A stretch of DNA of 63,851 bases, the filler included, from an uncultured Methanoregulaceae archaeon (lineage in GTDB: Archaea > Halobacteriota > Methanomicrobia > Methanomicrobiales > Methanospirillaceae), in the NCBI GenBank assembly GCA_964530035.1. It is 4 parts of 4 records of this genome, joined end to end, with 100 filler letters (N's around TTAATTAATTAA, not from the genome) between each part and the next. Parts side by side here need not be neighbours in the genome. Positions count along the whole stretch, not along the records: positions 1 to 19,208 come from CAZGXZ010000029.1; 3 more parts are not named here. One strand, 5' to 3'. The notes beneath the pieces are model-generated. The model was not told where the DNA came from. It saw only the letters and a program-made list of their open reading frames with translations, and ran no database searches. Positions within the stretch are counted from its first letter, which is position 1; every line of letters starts with the position of its first letter. This document shows, piece by piece, positions 1 to 10,685 of the stretch. The translations under genes were made by a program, and so were the position numbers.

Positions 1-3
1 GGG

Positions 4-187
4 CTATCGTTGGCTGGGGTTTTGGGGGGCGGCAGCCCCCCAGTTTTGAATCCATTTCATTCTCTGCCTGTTCACGATGAAAATCAAAAAATCGGCTCTG
101 TTGCAACCTACGATCGGAATTGCAGTTGATGGAGATATCTCAAAAGTGGTGAAATAAATTGAAAATAGGGAGGATTTCATCAGAGCC
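4..187. repeat. Dispersed repeat copy (G-rich hairpin plus MITE-like unit), probably cut by the window start
   Basis: Colinear similarity to 56207-56389, with shared blocks CTATCGT, TTTGGGGGGCGGCAGCCCCCC, CTGCCTGTTC, CAAAAATCGGCTCTGTT (A-run differs by one), GATGGAGAT and AAATTGA. Confidence 0.85.
94..187. mobile_element. 94-bp MITE-like element, copy 1
   Basis: Imperfect terminal inverted repeats GGCTCTGTTGCAA...TTTCATCAGAGCC; same length and internal motifs as the copies at 55761 and 56295. Confidence 0.65.
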
Positions 188-282
188 ATTTTTCCATCAG
201 TACCTGTTGTACCAGTATACTCCTCCGGGAGCACGACCGACCGGCATCCTTTTAGGATAGTACCACCCTTCACGATCACCTG

Positions 283-981
283 ATGAACATTTCATGGTGT
301 GTCCTTCCAGTCCTCGGCCTGGCCTTCCTCTCATGGGGAGGGCTCGCCGATACCGGCACCTGGCAGTCCCCGGACATACCGGAGATAACGATCCTGTATC
401 TGGACGCGTCCGGTGGTATGCCCGATGCACCTGTACGTCGCGACGCTCCCCTGGGGCAGGACGACCTGGAGGGACCCCCGGACCCTGGTACCGTGGTCAT
501 CAATCCAGATGCAGGTACCAACGGAACGTCACTCCCTGACCCGTCAATGGGAATTGAAACCATTGAAAACGATACAGTTTTCGTCTCCACAGTCAGCCTC
601 CAGGGAGCGTGCCCTGATGACATCCTGTACACGGACGTGGAGCAGGGGAGGGATCAATGCCGCTGTTCACCTGACACTACCGGCCTGCAGACTGTTTTTC
701 CTCTCCTTAACCCTGAGCCTGGCATGGAAAGCCTCTCTCTTATCACCTCCGTAATCCAGGGGCCCTCTGTGGAAATGGTTTTGCCGGCATTATCACCAGG
801 GGATGCCCCGTTCCTCCTCATCGGGATCAACGAGACCTCCGTCACTGTCCCCGTAACCATAGCAGTTGACACATCATTCGGAAGTGTCAGTTCAGGTTTT
901 TTCCAGTCGGTTACCGATGCCCGCGTCATCGAAGGCAACCTGACCATGACCGTTTCCACTTCACCACCGGCCGGCAGATAA
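283..981 (+). CDS. Hypothetical secreted protein
   Basis: 232-aa ORF with a hydrophobic N-terminal signal-like segment; acidic and Pro/Thr-rich; no family recognised. Confidence 0.5.
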   Translation: MNISWCVLPVLGLAFLSWGGLADTGTWQSPDIPEITILYLDASGGMPDAPVRRDAPLGQDDLEGPPDPGTVVINPDAGTNGTSLPDPSMGIETIENDTVFVSTVSLQGACPDDILYTDVEQGRDQCRCSPDTTGLQTVFPLLNPEPGMESLSLITSVIQGPSVEMVLPALSPGDAPFLLIGINETSVTVPVTIAVDTSFGSVSSGFFQSVTDARVIEGNLTMTVSTSPPAGR

Positions 982-1566
982 TCCTGCCATCAGCCAGGAG
1001 AATGGAGAGCGATTTTAAAATTAAACGATATCCACCCGCGGTAAATGGTAATAAAGAATTTACTTCCTTTTCTTGGACGATCCTGCAAGGGTCACTGCCG
1101 GGTACCGGGTGCCGGGTCAGCTGGATACATGATTTCCAACCCTGTCATTCCCTCCCAAAATACCAGGATATAGCCGAAAAAATGTCCCTGCACACCATTT
1201 CCTATGAAGGGGTAGTATGATTATGACATACCCTCTACCCTCCACCCCAATTCCTTCACTGAAATGAGCACGGGGTATTTCACCCCGCATGCGGCTTGAT
1301 ACACAAGTACTCCGCTAGCGCTGTTTTTTTATGAAAATACGGTTTTAAAGGCCTTGCTCGAGTGAATAAAGCCCAATACTGATCATTCCCGACATAAGAA
1401 CATTTATATTAGGGTAAGGAACAAGAGATGAATTAACATCGTCCATCCGGAATGATTGAGGCAGTCCGAAAGGCGGAGCTATATTTGGGTCAATGGTTCC
1501 CCATGATTGCCCCACCATCATGAAGGGTCTTGGCAGAAGGACAGATGTTGGTGACGGGGTGTAAGA

Positions 1567-3981
1567 ATGCAAGAACGAGAGGAGCCTAGCGAACGAAGGC
1601 TCCGCGCAGCAGGTGCTCTGTTCGTAGTAGTCCTGGGCTTGCTTATTGTAGGGTGTGCCAGTGCAGCCGTGAACGCGGATTTTACCGCGGTTCCTGATGA
1701 AGGCAAGGCGCCCCTTTCTGTCCAGTTTACTGATAATTCTACGGGCAGCATTGCTTCCTGGCTGTGGGAGTTCGGAGACGCGGGGTACGCGAACACGCAG
1801 AACGCAACGCACGACTACCACACGTCCGACCTTTATACCGTGAACCTCACGGTGACCGGGACGGATTTGAGCACGTCGAAAACCACCAAGAACGTGGCGG
1901 TTCATCCGAATGCCAGCTTTTTCTATTCTCCTGCATCGGGTCCTGCGCCTTTAACAGTACAGTTCCATGATACCTCGCAAGGGTTTCCCACGGCATGGTA
2001 TTGGGAGTTCTGGGGAATGGACACGATGAATTCAACCAGTAAGGACCCCCTGGTGACCTTCCCCTATGCAGGGAGTTACGAAATATACCTGAATGCTACC
2101 GGAGGCCACGGGCTCTCAGATGAAGCGTGGGAGTACGGGATTGACGTATACCCGGCAGCCAGTTTCACGGCATCACCGGTATCAGGAGACGGCCCGCTCA
2201 CCGTGCAGTTCAATGACACTTCCCGCGGGATGTGGCCGGTTGACCCGACAAACCCCATAATGGCCCTTTTCGGAAACCGGTACTACTGGGACTTCGGGGA
2301 CGGTTCTACATCGAACGAACGAAACCCGGTGCACGTATTCCACAACACGAGCACGGTCACCCTTACCGCCGCCGTCCAGTATATGACGAATACCTCGGCA
2401 CCGCTCCAGATCACCGTCGGTCCTTCACCGAATGTTGACTTTACGGCAAGCCCGGTTATCGGGATCGCTCCCCTCCACGTAAGTTTCACCGACACTTCGA
2501 AAGGGGTTTCACCGCTTTCATACAACTGGACTTTCGGAGATAACACAACATCAACGGAACGAAACCCCGTGCACACCTTCACCAGTGCAGGGACATACAA
2601 GGTTAACCTGACGGTCACGGACGGAGATGGAAAGACCGGTCAGAAGTCACGCGATATCCAGGCAACCCTGATGCCAGGGCCCTTCGCAGACTTCGCGGCA
2701 AGCCCGAGATCAGGAGCTCCACCCCTCACCGTCGACTTCATCGACCAGTCGGTTGGATTCGGCCCGTTGACGTACCTCTGGGACTTTGGAGATAATTCCA
2801 CACAGTCCGACAGGTTCCTGAAGAACCCGGTCCACACATACCTGACGGCTAGCAACTTCACCGTTTCACTGACCGTCACCGATATCAACAACCAGACCAG
2901 TAACAAGGTGGCGACTGACTTCATCAGGGTGGGCAGTTCATCTCTTGGTGCGAACTTCACCGTAAGTCCCGAAACTGGTTTTGCACCCCTTGAAATCGTA
3001 TGCCACGATGCTTCAACCGGGTCGCCCACATCCTGGTTCTGGAAAGTATTCTGGTGGACAGGGTCAGGGTACCAGCTGGTCAATAGCTCCAACCTGCAAA
3101 GCCCCAGTTTCTCCCTGGAACAACCAGGTCCTTATAAAATCGATCTCCAGGTGAGCAACGCCCAGGGCTCCGCCATTACGTCCCGGGAAAACGCTGTGCA
3201 TGTCCTGAACAGCCCGCCGGTGGCAGCATTCACGGCAAGCACATTCAATGGAAACGTCTCGATCCCCATCCAGTTCACCGACCAGTCCACAGGTGCAGGG
3301 ATAACCCAGTGGGTGTGGAACTTCGGTGACGGGGGAACTTCGCCCTACCAGAACCCGGTGTATACCTACCTCATGGCAGGGACATTCAACGTCACGCTCA
3401 CCGCCACCAACGACGGCGGTTCAAGCACTGCCACCCACCAGGTCACCATAACAGGAGAAGTACCGTCCGGCAACAGTATCATCCTGTACCCCGGCTGGAA
3501 CCATGTTTCCGTTCCGAAAGAACTGGGTGCAGGGAATGCAACCGCAGGAGTGGTATTTTCAGGTGTGAATACGGGCCATCGTTCAATCCTTATGTACGAC
3601 GGCAATACGACGTCCTGGGAGATCGTGTCCTCGGGGCGTGTTCTCAGGCCTCTGGAGAGTTACTGGGTATTCTCGACAACAAATACGATAGTCCCATTGC
3701 AATTCGCCTTTATCTCACCCACTCCGTCCAGACAATTATACAAGGGGTGGAACGGCATGGGATTTTCAGGTCTTACACCTCGTTCAGCCAACCTGACCCT
3801 CCAGTCTCTCGGAACCACCTGGACCTATGTACAGGGATTTAATGGGATGACCCAGAGCCCGGAGGAAGTTATCGTGAGGGGTAGTATGGATCCGGTTTAT
3901 TCCGACAACCGGGTCCTGTATCCATCGCACGGCTACTGGGTGTATCTGACTGAAAATGGAGTTCTTCAGGGGATGGCATAA
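1567..3981 (+). CDS. Secreted protein with 7 PKD repeats and a C-terminal GWN-repeat domain
   Basis: Signal peptide; seven units of type ADFTAxPxxGxAPLTVxFxD...WDFGD...NPVH; C-terminal domain LYPGWN...LYKGWN...YPSHGYW. Confidence 0.92.
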   Translation: MQEREEPSERRLRAAGALFVVVLGLLIVGCASAAVNADFTAVPDEGKAPLSVQFTDNSTGSIASWLWEFGDAGYANTQNATHDYHTSDLYTVNLTVTGTDLSTSKTTKNVAVHPNASFFYSPASGPAPLTVQFHDTSQGFPTAWYWEFWGMDTMNSTSKDPLVTFPYAGSYEIYLNATGGHGLSDEAWEYGIDVYPAASFTASPVSGDGPLTVQFNDTSRGMWPVDPTNPIMALFGNRYYWDFGDGSTSNERNPVHVFHNTSTVTLTAAVQYMTNTSAPLQITVGPSPNVDFTASPVIGIAPLHVSFTDTSKGVSPLSYNWTFGDNTTSTERNPVHTFTSAGTYKVNLTVTDGDGKTGQKSRDIQATLMPGPFADFAASPRSGAPPLTVDFIDQSVGFGPLTYLWDFGDNSTQSDRFLKNPVHTYLTASNFTVSLTVTDINNQTSNKVATDFIRVGSSSLGANFTVSPETGFAPLEIVCHDASTGSPTSWFWKVFWWTGSGYQLVNSSNLQSPSFSLEQPGPYKIDLQVSNAQGSAITSRENAVHVLNSPPVAAFTASTFNGNVSIPIQFTDQSTGAGITQWVWNFGDGGTSPYQNPVYTYLMAGTFNVTLTATNDGGSSTATHQVTITGEVPSGNSIILYPGWNHVSVPKELGAGNATAGVVFSGVNTGHRSILMYDGNTTSWEIVSSGRVLRPLESYWVFSTTNTIVPLQFAFISPTPSRQLYKGWNGMGFSGLTPRSANLTLQSLGTTWTYVQGFNGMTQSPEEVIVRGSMDPVYSDNRVLYPSHGYWVYLTENGVLQGMA

Positions 3982-3996
3982 ATGAAGGGAGAGGTT

Positions 3997-6900
3997 ATGA
4001 AAAAAGGGTTCATCATAGCAGGGATCCTGCTCGTGCTCATGGTGGGAACGGCGATGGCAGCGCCGGTCCTGCCTGAGTTCTTTTACGGTACGGCAAAAGT
4101 GAACAACCTGCCGGTTGCAGGGGCTACGATTAGTGCCAAAATCAATGGTACCGTGGTCGGAACAACAACGACGGCCACGAACGGTTCATATGGTATCACG
4201 ACTCCGCAACTCCTGGTTACCGGCAACATGAACGGGGATCTCATCACGTTCTATATCAACGGGAACCAGGCTTCGGAAACCGCCTACTTCTTAAGCGGCG
4301 GTTCCACATACCTGGACCTGACGATTGGTTCCTCACCGACCCCGACACCTACTCCGGCACCATGCAAGATCAACCTGATCAACCAGGGTGATACCGTCTA
4401 CATCGGGGAGGAAGGGCTCGACATCACGAATGCCGTGGGGAACACCTCGTCAATCGCCTGGTTCGAGGCAGGGGATGACCCGGTCACCGCGAACCCGAGG
4501 ATGATCCTTCCCATACCGTCCGGTTCGAAGACCAGTTACTTCATCGCACCCACGCAATACTCGGGGTACCCGGGTGCATGGTACCTGTGGAACGACCAGA
4601 TCAATGTTACCAGAAACATGATGGTCGCATTTGTCGCGGTCAACCCGGTCATGAACATCACCTGTATTGACAACCCCAATGATCTCGATGTAACCGATAA
4701 ATCGGTCTTCCACGGGACTGTCCTGAACTTCAAGGTCGAGACAAACCTCGACGCAATGGGCAGACGCACCACATCCTGTCCTCCAGGAGTCGGCCCCTTC
4801 ACGATTTACGTGAAGGGCCCTGACGGTGTTATCTATACAGCCCTCGCAAGCAAGACGGGACAGATTTCCTTGAAGGACTTCAGGATAAGCAACAACCCGT
4901 ATTACATGGTCACCCCCGGGACTGACCAGGGATGGTTTACCGCCGCCCAGGACACCCAGGGCATGAATTTCCAGTACAAGATGGGGACATACACCTTCTG
5001 GATCGAATGCTCCGCAAACAAGCTGAAAGAAAACAACCCCTCGGGAGCAGTCTCAAAGTCGCACACGGTGGAGCTGAAACCTGAAGTTGTGAGTATCACA
5101 TCGAGCCCGTCAAGTGTCATCCGTTCCAACCCGTTCAGCCTGACCATCCAGGGACGGCCCAACACGTGGTACAACTTCTATCTGAAGGACTGCCCGAGGA
5201 CCCTGACCGGAGGAACGTGCGATGAAGCTCCCCTTATCGCGCCGGGACAGAACAATGTCATCATGGACGGATACAATCCCCTGTTCCCGGTATACACGAT
5301 AGGGAACAACCTGACCTATCCGGAGTGCTGTTTCCCGAACAGCCCCATCAAGGATATCGTCCCAAGGAAACCTGAAAACGGGGTCAGGTATTACGCCTAT
5401 GTGAAGACCGACGATTCAGGGAAGGCTGTCATCAACATGCTCACCTCCCTGAATACCAAGACCACCACGTTCACGTATCATGCATATACCCGCGGGCTGG
5501 ACGGCAAGATCAGATATACCGACCCGGATGCGCAGGTAACAGTCACCGCCGGCACGATCAGCATGACCATGCAGTCAAGTGCCACCCTCGGGACCCTGAA
5601 TACCATCCTGATCAAAGGGGTGAACACGGAAACCCTGACCACCTACCTGTGGCTCAAAGGACCGTGCCAGCCGGAATGCGGTGCGAACCTTTCGAATCCA
5701 AGTTACAAGCTGGGCTGTCCGACGGCTGTAGCGGTCTCTGCAGATGGAACATGGGAGTACAAATGGTCGGTCGCGAACCTGAACATCGATGAAGGCGAGT
5801 ATACTGTTTACGCCGCAACGCACTGGTCATGTTCGACGAACTGCACGGTTACCAACATCACCGATGACGGGTATGTCAACCCGTGTACTCCAGAAGTACC
5901 CTGCCCGATCCCAATCTGCCGCCAGGACAACTGCAACGGGCAATGTACGACAGATGGCGGAAGCAGCACATCATCCACCTGTGAGCAGTCCTGCTACTGC
6001 CCCAACCAGAACTGCAGCCTGTGCACAGGATGCGCCGCAACCACAGAGGCGAAAATCACCCTGATTAAGCCGATCATCAGTGCAACCGTAACTCCGTCAG
6101 TCCTTGTCAGGGAGTGCTGCAATGACCATACCATCACTATCAAGGGTACCGCCACCGGGCTTCACACGCAATGCAGCGATGTGAACAACACGAAAAAGAT
6201 CCGCTTCTGGATCTTCGGTGACGGAAAGATACTGGACATCCACTACCTGGTCGGGGACGCATACGTCTCGTGCAATGATACCTTTACCATCAAGTTCACG
6301 AAGGATGGGAGTGGAGTGGATGACCCGGGCCTTGGACTGACATACGTCCATAATTTCCCGGTCGACAAGGTCAAGAACGGGAGGTATTACATGATCCTCC
6401 AGCACCCGATGTACAACAACAAGTTTGACATCGAGGTACTGAACGGAGGATACTATGACCCGACGAGGAACCGAAAATACGTCGTATCCTGGTGTCCGAA
6501 CATCCTGCCCTCCTTCCTCTTCCCGGTGGAGGGCCCGGGTGCCAAACTGGACAAGGAGATGTACGACGGGGTCATCGAAGCCCTGAACGCGGACTGTGTG
6601 GATGATATCTACACCACACTCAGTTTCTACATCGTTGATGACAGCGGAGGAAAGGTTGACTTCAGTGGTACACCGGTGTCCGGTTCTGCACCATTGAAGG
6701 TCACTTTCACGGACAAGTCCGCGACAACGGCCAACGAATGGAGCTGGGACTTCGGGGACGGTACAACCTCGTCGGAAAAGAACCCGGTCCACACCTATGA
6801 GACAACAGGTATTTTTGATGTCGGCCTGAACGTGAAATTCGCTGATGGAAGCTCGGGGTACACCGTGAAGAACGGATATATCAGCACCATGGGGGTCACC

Positions 6901-7440
6901 CCCACCCCGACTCCCTACCCGGGATACACGACGATTGACCTCTACCCGGGATGGAACCTCGCGTCAGTCCCGCTCTACCTCAAGGAAGGACAGAATACCG
7001 CTTCGAAGGTATTTGGAGGGGTGAACACTGCGGGCCACTCGATCCGCAAGTACAATGGCGTCAGCCAGGCATGGGACTCGGTCTCAGCCTCCGAGGTCAT
7101 CGTCCCGCTCGAAGGATACGGAGTGTACTCGACCAATACGATGAGCATCAGCCTGTCGCTGAATACAACGAGCGGAGTGAAGCCCGTGAAACAGCTGTAC
7201 ACCGGCTGGAATGCCATCGGAGTGTCGGGCATTTACCCGAAGTCAGCCCGTGACGACCTCCTGTCGGTGAAGGGTCTGTGGAAGCAGGTGAACGGATGGG
7301 ACGCATCGAAACAGCAGTACGAGACGGCGATCATCGCAGGGAGCCAGGATCCCGAGACGAGCGAGAACAGGCTTATGTATCCGACGCATGGATACTGGAT
7401 TGATATGAATTCTGACGGTACTCTCGAAGGAGTGATCTAA
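3997..7440 (+). CDS. Large secreted S-layer-related protein (PxxFYG domain, DUF3821-like, Cys-rich insert, 1 PKD, GWN-repeat domain)
   Basis: ATG at 3997 follows GGAGAGGTT; signal peptide; motifs GDTVYIGEEGLDI, YYMILQHPMYNNKFDI and CVDDIY resemble Methanomicrobiales S-layer/DUF3821 proteins. Confidence 0.85.
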   Translation: MKKGFIIAGILLVLMVGTAMAAPVLPEFFYGTAKVNNLPVAGATISAKINGTVVGTTTTATNGSYGITTPQLLVTGNMNGDLITFYINGNQASETAYFLSGGSTYLDLTIGSSPTPTPTPAPCKINLINQGDTVYIGEEGLDITNAVGNTSSIAWFEAGDDPVTANPRMILPIPSGSKTSYFIAPTQYSGYPGAWYLWNDQINVTRNMMVAFVAVNPVMNITCIDNPNDLDVTDKSVFHGTVLNFKVETNLDAMGRRTTSCPPGVGPFTIYVKGPDGVIYTALASKTGQISLKDFRISNNPYYMVTPGTDQGWFTAAQDTQGMNFQYKMGTYTFWIECSANKLKENNPSGAVSKSHTVELKPEVVSITSSPSSVIRSNPFSLTIQGRPNTWYNFYLKDCPRTLTGGTCDEAPLIAPGQNNVIMDGYNPLFPVYTIGNNLTYPECCFPNSPIKDIVPRKPENGVRYYAYVKTDDSGKAVINMLTSLNTKTTTFTYHAYTRGLDGKIRYTDPDAQVTVTAGTISMTMQSSATLGTLNTILIKGVNTETLTTYLWLKGPCQPECGANLSNPSYKLGCPTAVAVSADGTWEYKWSVANLNIDEGEYTVYAATHWSCSTNCTVTNITDDGYVNPCTPEVPCPIPICRQDNCNGQCTTDGGSSTSSTCEQSCYCPNQNCSLCTGCAATTEAKITLIKPIISATVTPSVLVRECCNDHTITIKGTATGLHTQCSDVNNTKKIRFWIFGDGKILDIHYLVGDAYVSCNDTFTIKFTKDGSGVDDPGLGLTYVHNFPVDKVKNGRYYMILQHPMYNNKFDIEVLNGGYYDPTRNRKYVVSWCPNILPSFLFPVEGPGAKLDKEMYDGVIEALNADCVDDIYTTLSFYIVDDSGGKVDFSGTPVSGSAPLKVTFTDKSATTANEWSWDFGDGTTSSEKNPVHTYETTGIFDVGLNVKFADGSSGYTVKNGYISTMGVTPTPTPYPGYTTIDLYPGWNLASVPLYLKEGQNTASKVFGGVNTAGHSIRKYNGVSQAWDSVSASEVIVPLEGYGVYSTNTMSISLSLNTTSGVKPVKQLYTGWNAIGVSGIYPKSARDDLLSVKGLWKQVNGWDASKQQYETAIIAGSQDPETSENRLMYPTHGYWIDMNSDGTLEGVI

Positions 7441-7441
7441 C

Positions 7442-10400
7442 ATGACTGGAAAATGGTTGAAACTCATCATGGTACTCGCCCTGGCGGCCTCCGTATTCGG
7501 CTGTGTCGTCTCGGCTGACGTCCCTCCCCCGTTCCCCAAGGGCTTCACCTATGTCGCCCCCAACAGCACGGTGTTCATAGGGGAGGAAGGTATGGACATC
7601 TCGGTCGCGGTCCCGGACCCGTACACGCGGATCGCACTGTTCGCAAACAATGCCGACCCGACCAAGGACACGCCGATACAGGTCGTAAACGACCTCTCGA
7701 ACAAGAAGTCGTTTTACTTTGACCCGAAGATCTTCTCAGATGCGAGCCAGGGTACATGGTATTGCTGGAACGGGGCTCCACCCGCTGGAAAGACCGCCTT
7801 CACGCTGATGAAGCCGTACATCCAGATCAAGTGCGTCAACAACCCGACAGACGTGGACGTAACCGACAAGAAAGTGTTCCAGGGGACCATCCTGAACTTC
7901 AGGATAGAGACGAACCTGTTCCCGATAACCTCGCGGGACCCGAGCTCACCTGGCCCGTTCGTCATCAACGTTACCGGCCCGGGAGGCAACATCTATAGTG
8001 CCCTGATTTCTCCGACAGGAACGGATATCCCGCTCGTGAGCATTCCGGTGAACAACAACCCGTATTACTGGGTCACTGAAAAGACCAACAATGGCTGGTT
8101 CACCGGCGTAAAAGGGCCGTCTGGAGAGAACTATGTTTATGACACGGGAGTCTACCAGTTCAAGGTCTCCTGCCTCGCAAACAAGCTGAACATCAACAAC
8201 CCGTCAGCCATTTCGGCGGCACGGAGTGTCGAGCTCCTGCCCGAGACTCTGACCATCACGGCAAACCCGACATCGGTCGTGAGATCCAAACCCTTCAACC
8301 TGATCGTCACGGGCAGGCCGAACACCTGGTATTACGTATACCTGATGGACTGCCCGCAGACATTCGACGGAAAAGCCTGCAACCAGCCGCCGCTGATCGT
8401 GGAAGGCCAGGAGAACGTCCTCTTTGACACCCCGTACGGCAACTACACCATCGGGAACACGAAGACCGTCCCTGACTGCTGTTACCCGGGTAGCACCATA
8501 CGGAGCATTGTCCCGAAGGTTCCCTTTGACGGGACCAGGTACTATGCGTACGTGAAGACCGATGCGACCGGCACCAAGGTCATCAACCTGCAGACATCCA
8601 TCGATACCGCTCCAGCCACCTTTACCTACCATGCCCAGGGCAAGACCATCGACAACCGCGACATCTACACGAACCCCGACGCCAAGGTAACGGTCACCAA
8701 GGGAGTCGTGACGATTAACATGCCGGCGAACGTGACGCTCGGCACCTCGAAGTTCGTCCTCATCAACGGTACGAACACCGAGACGCTCACGACCTTCCTC
8801 TGGCTCAAGGGCCCGTGCCAGCCGGTCTGTGGCGCACCCATCGACAACCCGCAGACACCCCTCGGCATCCCGACCAAGGTGAAGGTCAACCAGGACGGGA
8901 CATGGACGTACAACTGGACCATCATGGACCTGAAGATCGATGCCGGAGAATACACGATATTCGCGGCGAGCAACTGGTCCTGTGACGTCCCGACACCTTC
9001 CCCCTCGCCAAGCCCGACTCCGTGCAGCAACGTGGCGTACTGCCCGAACAAGTGCAATGACTGCTGCGTTGCGTGCGCTGCAACGGCCCAGGCGAAGATC
9101 ATCATCGAGCGCCCGGTCCTTACCGCCGTGCTCAGGCCCAACCCGCTCATCCGTGAGTGCTGCAACGACCACACCGTGACCATCAGTGGAAAGGCAACAG
9201 GCCTCGGCGTCGATGCGGTTACGGGGAAGAAGATTATCGGGCTCTGGATATTCGGTGACGGCAAGATCGCCGACGTCCATTATGCCCACGCCTATTACGA
9301 GGTGAAATGCGACGACACGTTCACCATCTCGTTCGGCCCGAACGACCCGGTCTTCCCGGTCGACAAGGTTGCGCCCGGCAGGTACTACTTCATCCTCCAG
9401 CACCCGATGTACAACCGCGTACTGGACATCGACCTCCAGAAGAACCCGAACGACGGAGCGAACCGCTGGTTCGTCTCGAGCGTCTGCCCCGTAAAGTGGT
9501 CATACCTGTTCCCGATCGAGGGTCCGGGTGGAAAGTATGACTACGCAGGGTACAACGGTGTCCTCAACGCTCTCAAGCAGCCCTGTGTCGATGATATCTA
9601 CCAGACGTTCACCCTGACGGTCCAGGACGTGAACTCGGTCGGAATGGACTTCTCCGCCAACCCGACCGGGGGAAGGGCTCCCCTGACCGTCAATTTCACC
9701 GACCTCTCGACGATAACCGAGATCAGCAGGACCTGGGAGTTCGGTGACAGCACGACCTCCACCGACAAGAACCCGACCCATACCTACGTCACCGACGGTT
9801 CCTACACGGTGACCCTGAAAGCGGTAGACCCCGATGGCGTGACCAGGACCGCGAGCAAGGTCGCCTACGTCAATGTTGGTGCCGTTGTCCTTTCCGCCTC
9901 CTTCAGCGCGGAACCGACGACCGGGATGAAGCCGCTGACGGTAAATTTCACCGATATGTCGTATGGGAACCCGAACACGTGGTTCTGGGACTTCGGTGAC
10001 TCTACCTACTCGGCATTGCCGAACCCCGGATCACACACGTACAACAATGCCGGTAATTACACGGTCACGCTGACGGTAGGAAACGGAGTTGACGCGAGCA
10101 GCACGGTCTCGCAGGTGATCTCAGTCCGGTCAGACCAGCCAATCCCTCCAGGATACGACAGCATCACCCTCTTCCCGGGGTGGAACTTCGTGTCAACGCC
10201 GAGGGTACTCCAGCCGGGCTATGACAACGCCTCCATCTTTACCAGCGTGGATACGGCCAGCCACTCCATCTACGAGTACGACTCGACCAAGGGGACCTGG
10301 GTCACCCTGACGCCGACAAGCCCGGTCAAAGTGCTCGACGGGATCTGGATCTACTCAAGGGCACTGACCTCAGTCCCCCTGAAGTTCTCGACCGACCCCA

Positions 10401-10669
10401 TCTCGGTCCCACCGTCGAAGAACCTTCCAAGCGGGTGGAACGCCATAGGGTTCTCAGGGATGCAGCCGGCGACGGCAAGGGATACCTTCTTCTCGGTCCA
10501 GGCACAGTGGGCAAATGCAATAGGGTTTGACGCCACGGGCCAGAAGTATGAAACGACGATCGTCAATGGCGGGAGTGGAGATTTCTCGGACATGAGGATC
10601 CTCTACCCGACCAAGGGGTACTGGTTGTTCATGAAGTCAGCCGGGACCTTAAGTGCGATTGGAACGTGA
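7442..10669 (+). CDS. Paralogous S-layer-related protein (DUF3821-like, Cys-rich insert, 2 PKD, GWN-repeat domain)
   Basis: Colinear with the upstream gene (TVFIGEEGMDI, KGPCQPxCGA, RECCNDHT, LQHPMYN, CVDDIY); starts 1 nt after its stop. Confidence 0.85.
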   Translation: MTGKWLKLIMVLALAASVFGCVVSADVPPPFPKGFTYVAPNSTVFIGEEGMDISVAVPDPYTRIALFANNADPTKDTPIQVVNDLSNKKSFYFDPKIFSDASQGTWYCWNGAPPAGKTAFTLMKPYIQIKCVNNPTDVDVTDKKVFQGTILNFRIETNLFPITSRDPSSPGPFVINVTGPGGNIYSALISPTGTDIPLVSIPVNNNPYYWVTEKTNNGWFTGVKGPSGENYVYDTGVYQFKVSCLANKLNINNPSAISAARSVELLPETLTITANPTSVVRSKPFNLIVTGRPNTWYYVYLMDCPQTFDGKACNQPPLIVEGQENVLFDTPYGNYTIGNTKTVPDCCYPGSTIRSIVPKVPFDGTRYYAYVKTDATGTKVINLQTSIDTAPATFTYHAQGKTIDNRDIYTNPDAKVTVTKGVVTINMPANVTLGTSKFVLINGTNTETLTTFLWLKGPCQPVCGAPIDNPQTPLGIPTKVKVNQDGTWTYNWTIMDLKIDAGEYTIFAASNWSCDVPTPSPSPSPTPCSNVAYCPNKCNDCCVACAATAQAKIIIERPVLTAVLRPNPLIRECCNDHTVTISGKATGLGVDAVTGKKIIGLWIFGDGKIADVHYAHAYYEVKCDDTFTISFGPNDPVFPVDKVAPGRYYFILQHPMYNRVLDIDLQKNPNDGANRWFVSSVCPVKWSYLFPIEGPGGKYDYAGYNGVLNALKQPCVDDIYQTFTLTVQDVNSVGMDFSANPTGGRAPLTVNFTDLSTITEISRTWEFGDSTTSTDKNPTHTYVTDGSYTVTLKAVDPDGVTRTASKVAYVNVGAVVLSASFSAEPTTGMKPLTVNFTDMSYGNPNTWFWDFGDSTYSALPNPGSHTYNNAGNYTVTLTVGNGVDASSTVSQVISVRSDQPIPPGYDSITLFPGWNFVSTPRVLQPGYDNASIFTSVDTASHSIYEYDSTKGTWVTLTPTSPVKVLDGIWIYSRALTSVPLKFSTDPISVPPSKNLPSGWNAIGFSGMQPATARDTFFSVQAQWANAIGFDATGQKYETTIVNGGSGDFSDMRILYPTKGYWLFMKSAGTLSAIGT

Positions 10670-10685
10670 GAAGGAGGGTGGCATC

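Noticed and set aside
8204..9403. 399-aa antisense ORF (also 6097-6792 and 51329-52495)
   Set aside because: Mirror frames of strongly biased real genes; no recognisable motifs.
3997..10669. Paralogous variable genes as targets of a diversity-generating retroelement
   Set aside because: No reverse transcriptase or near-identical template repeat seen; divergence is not adenine-specific.
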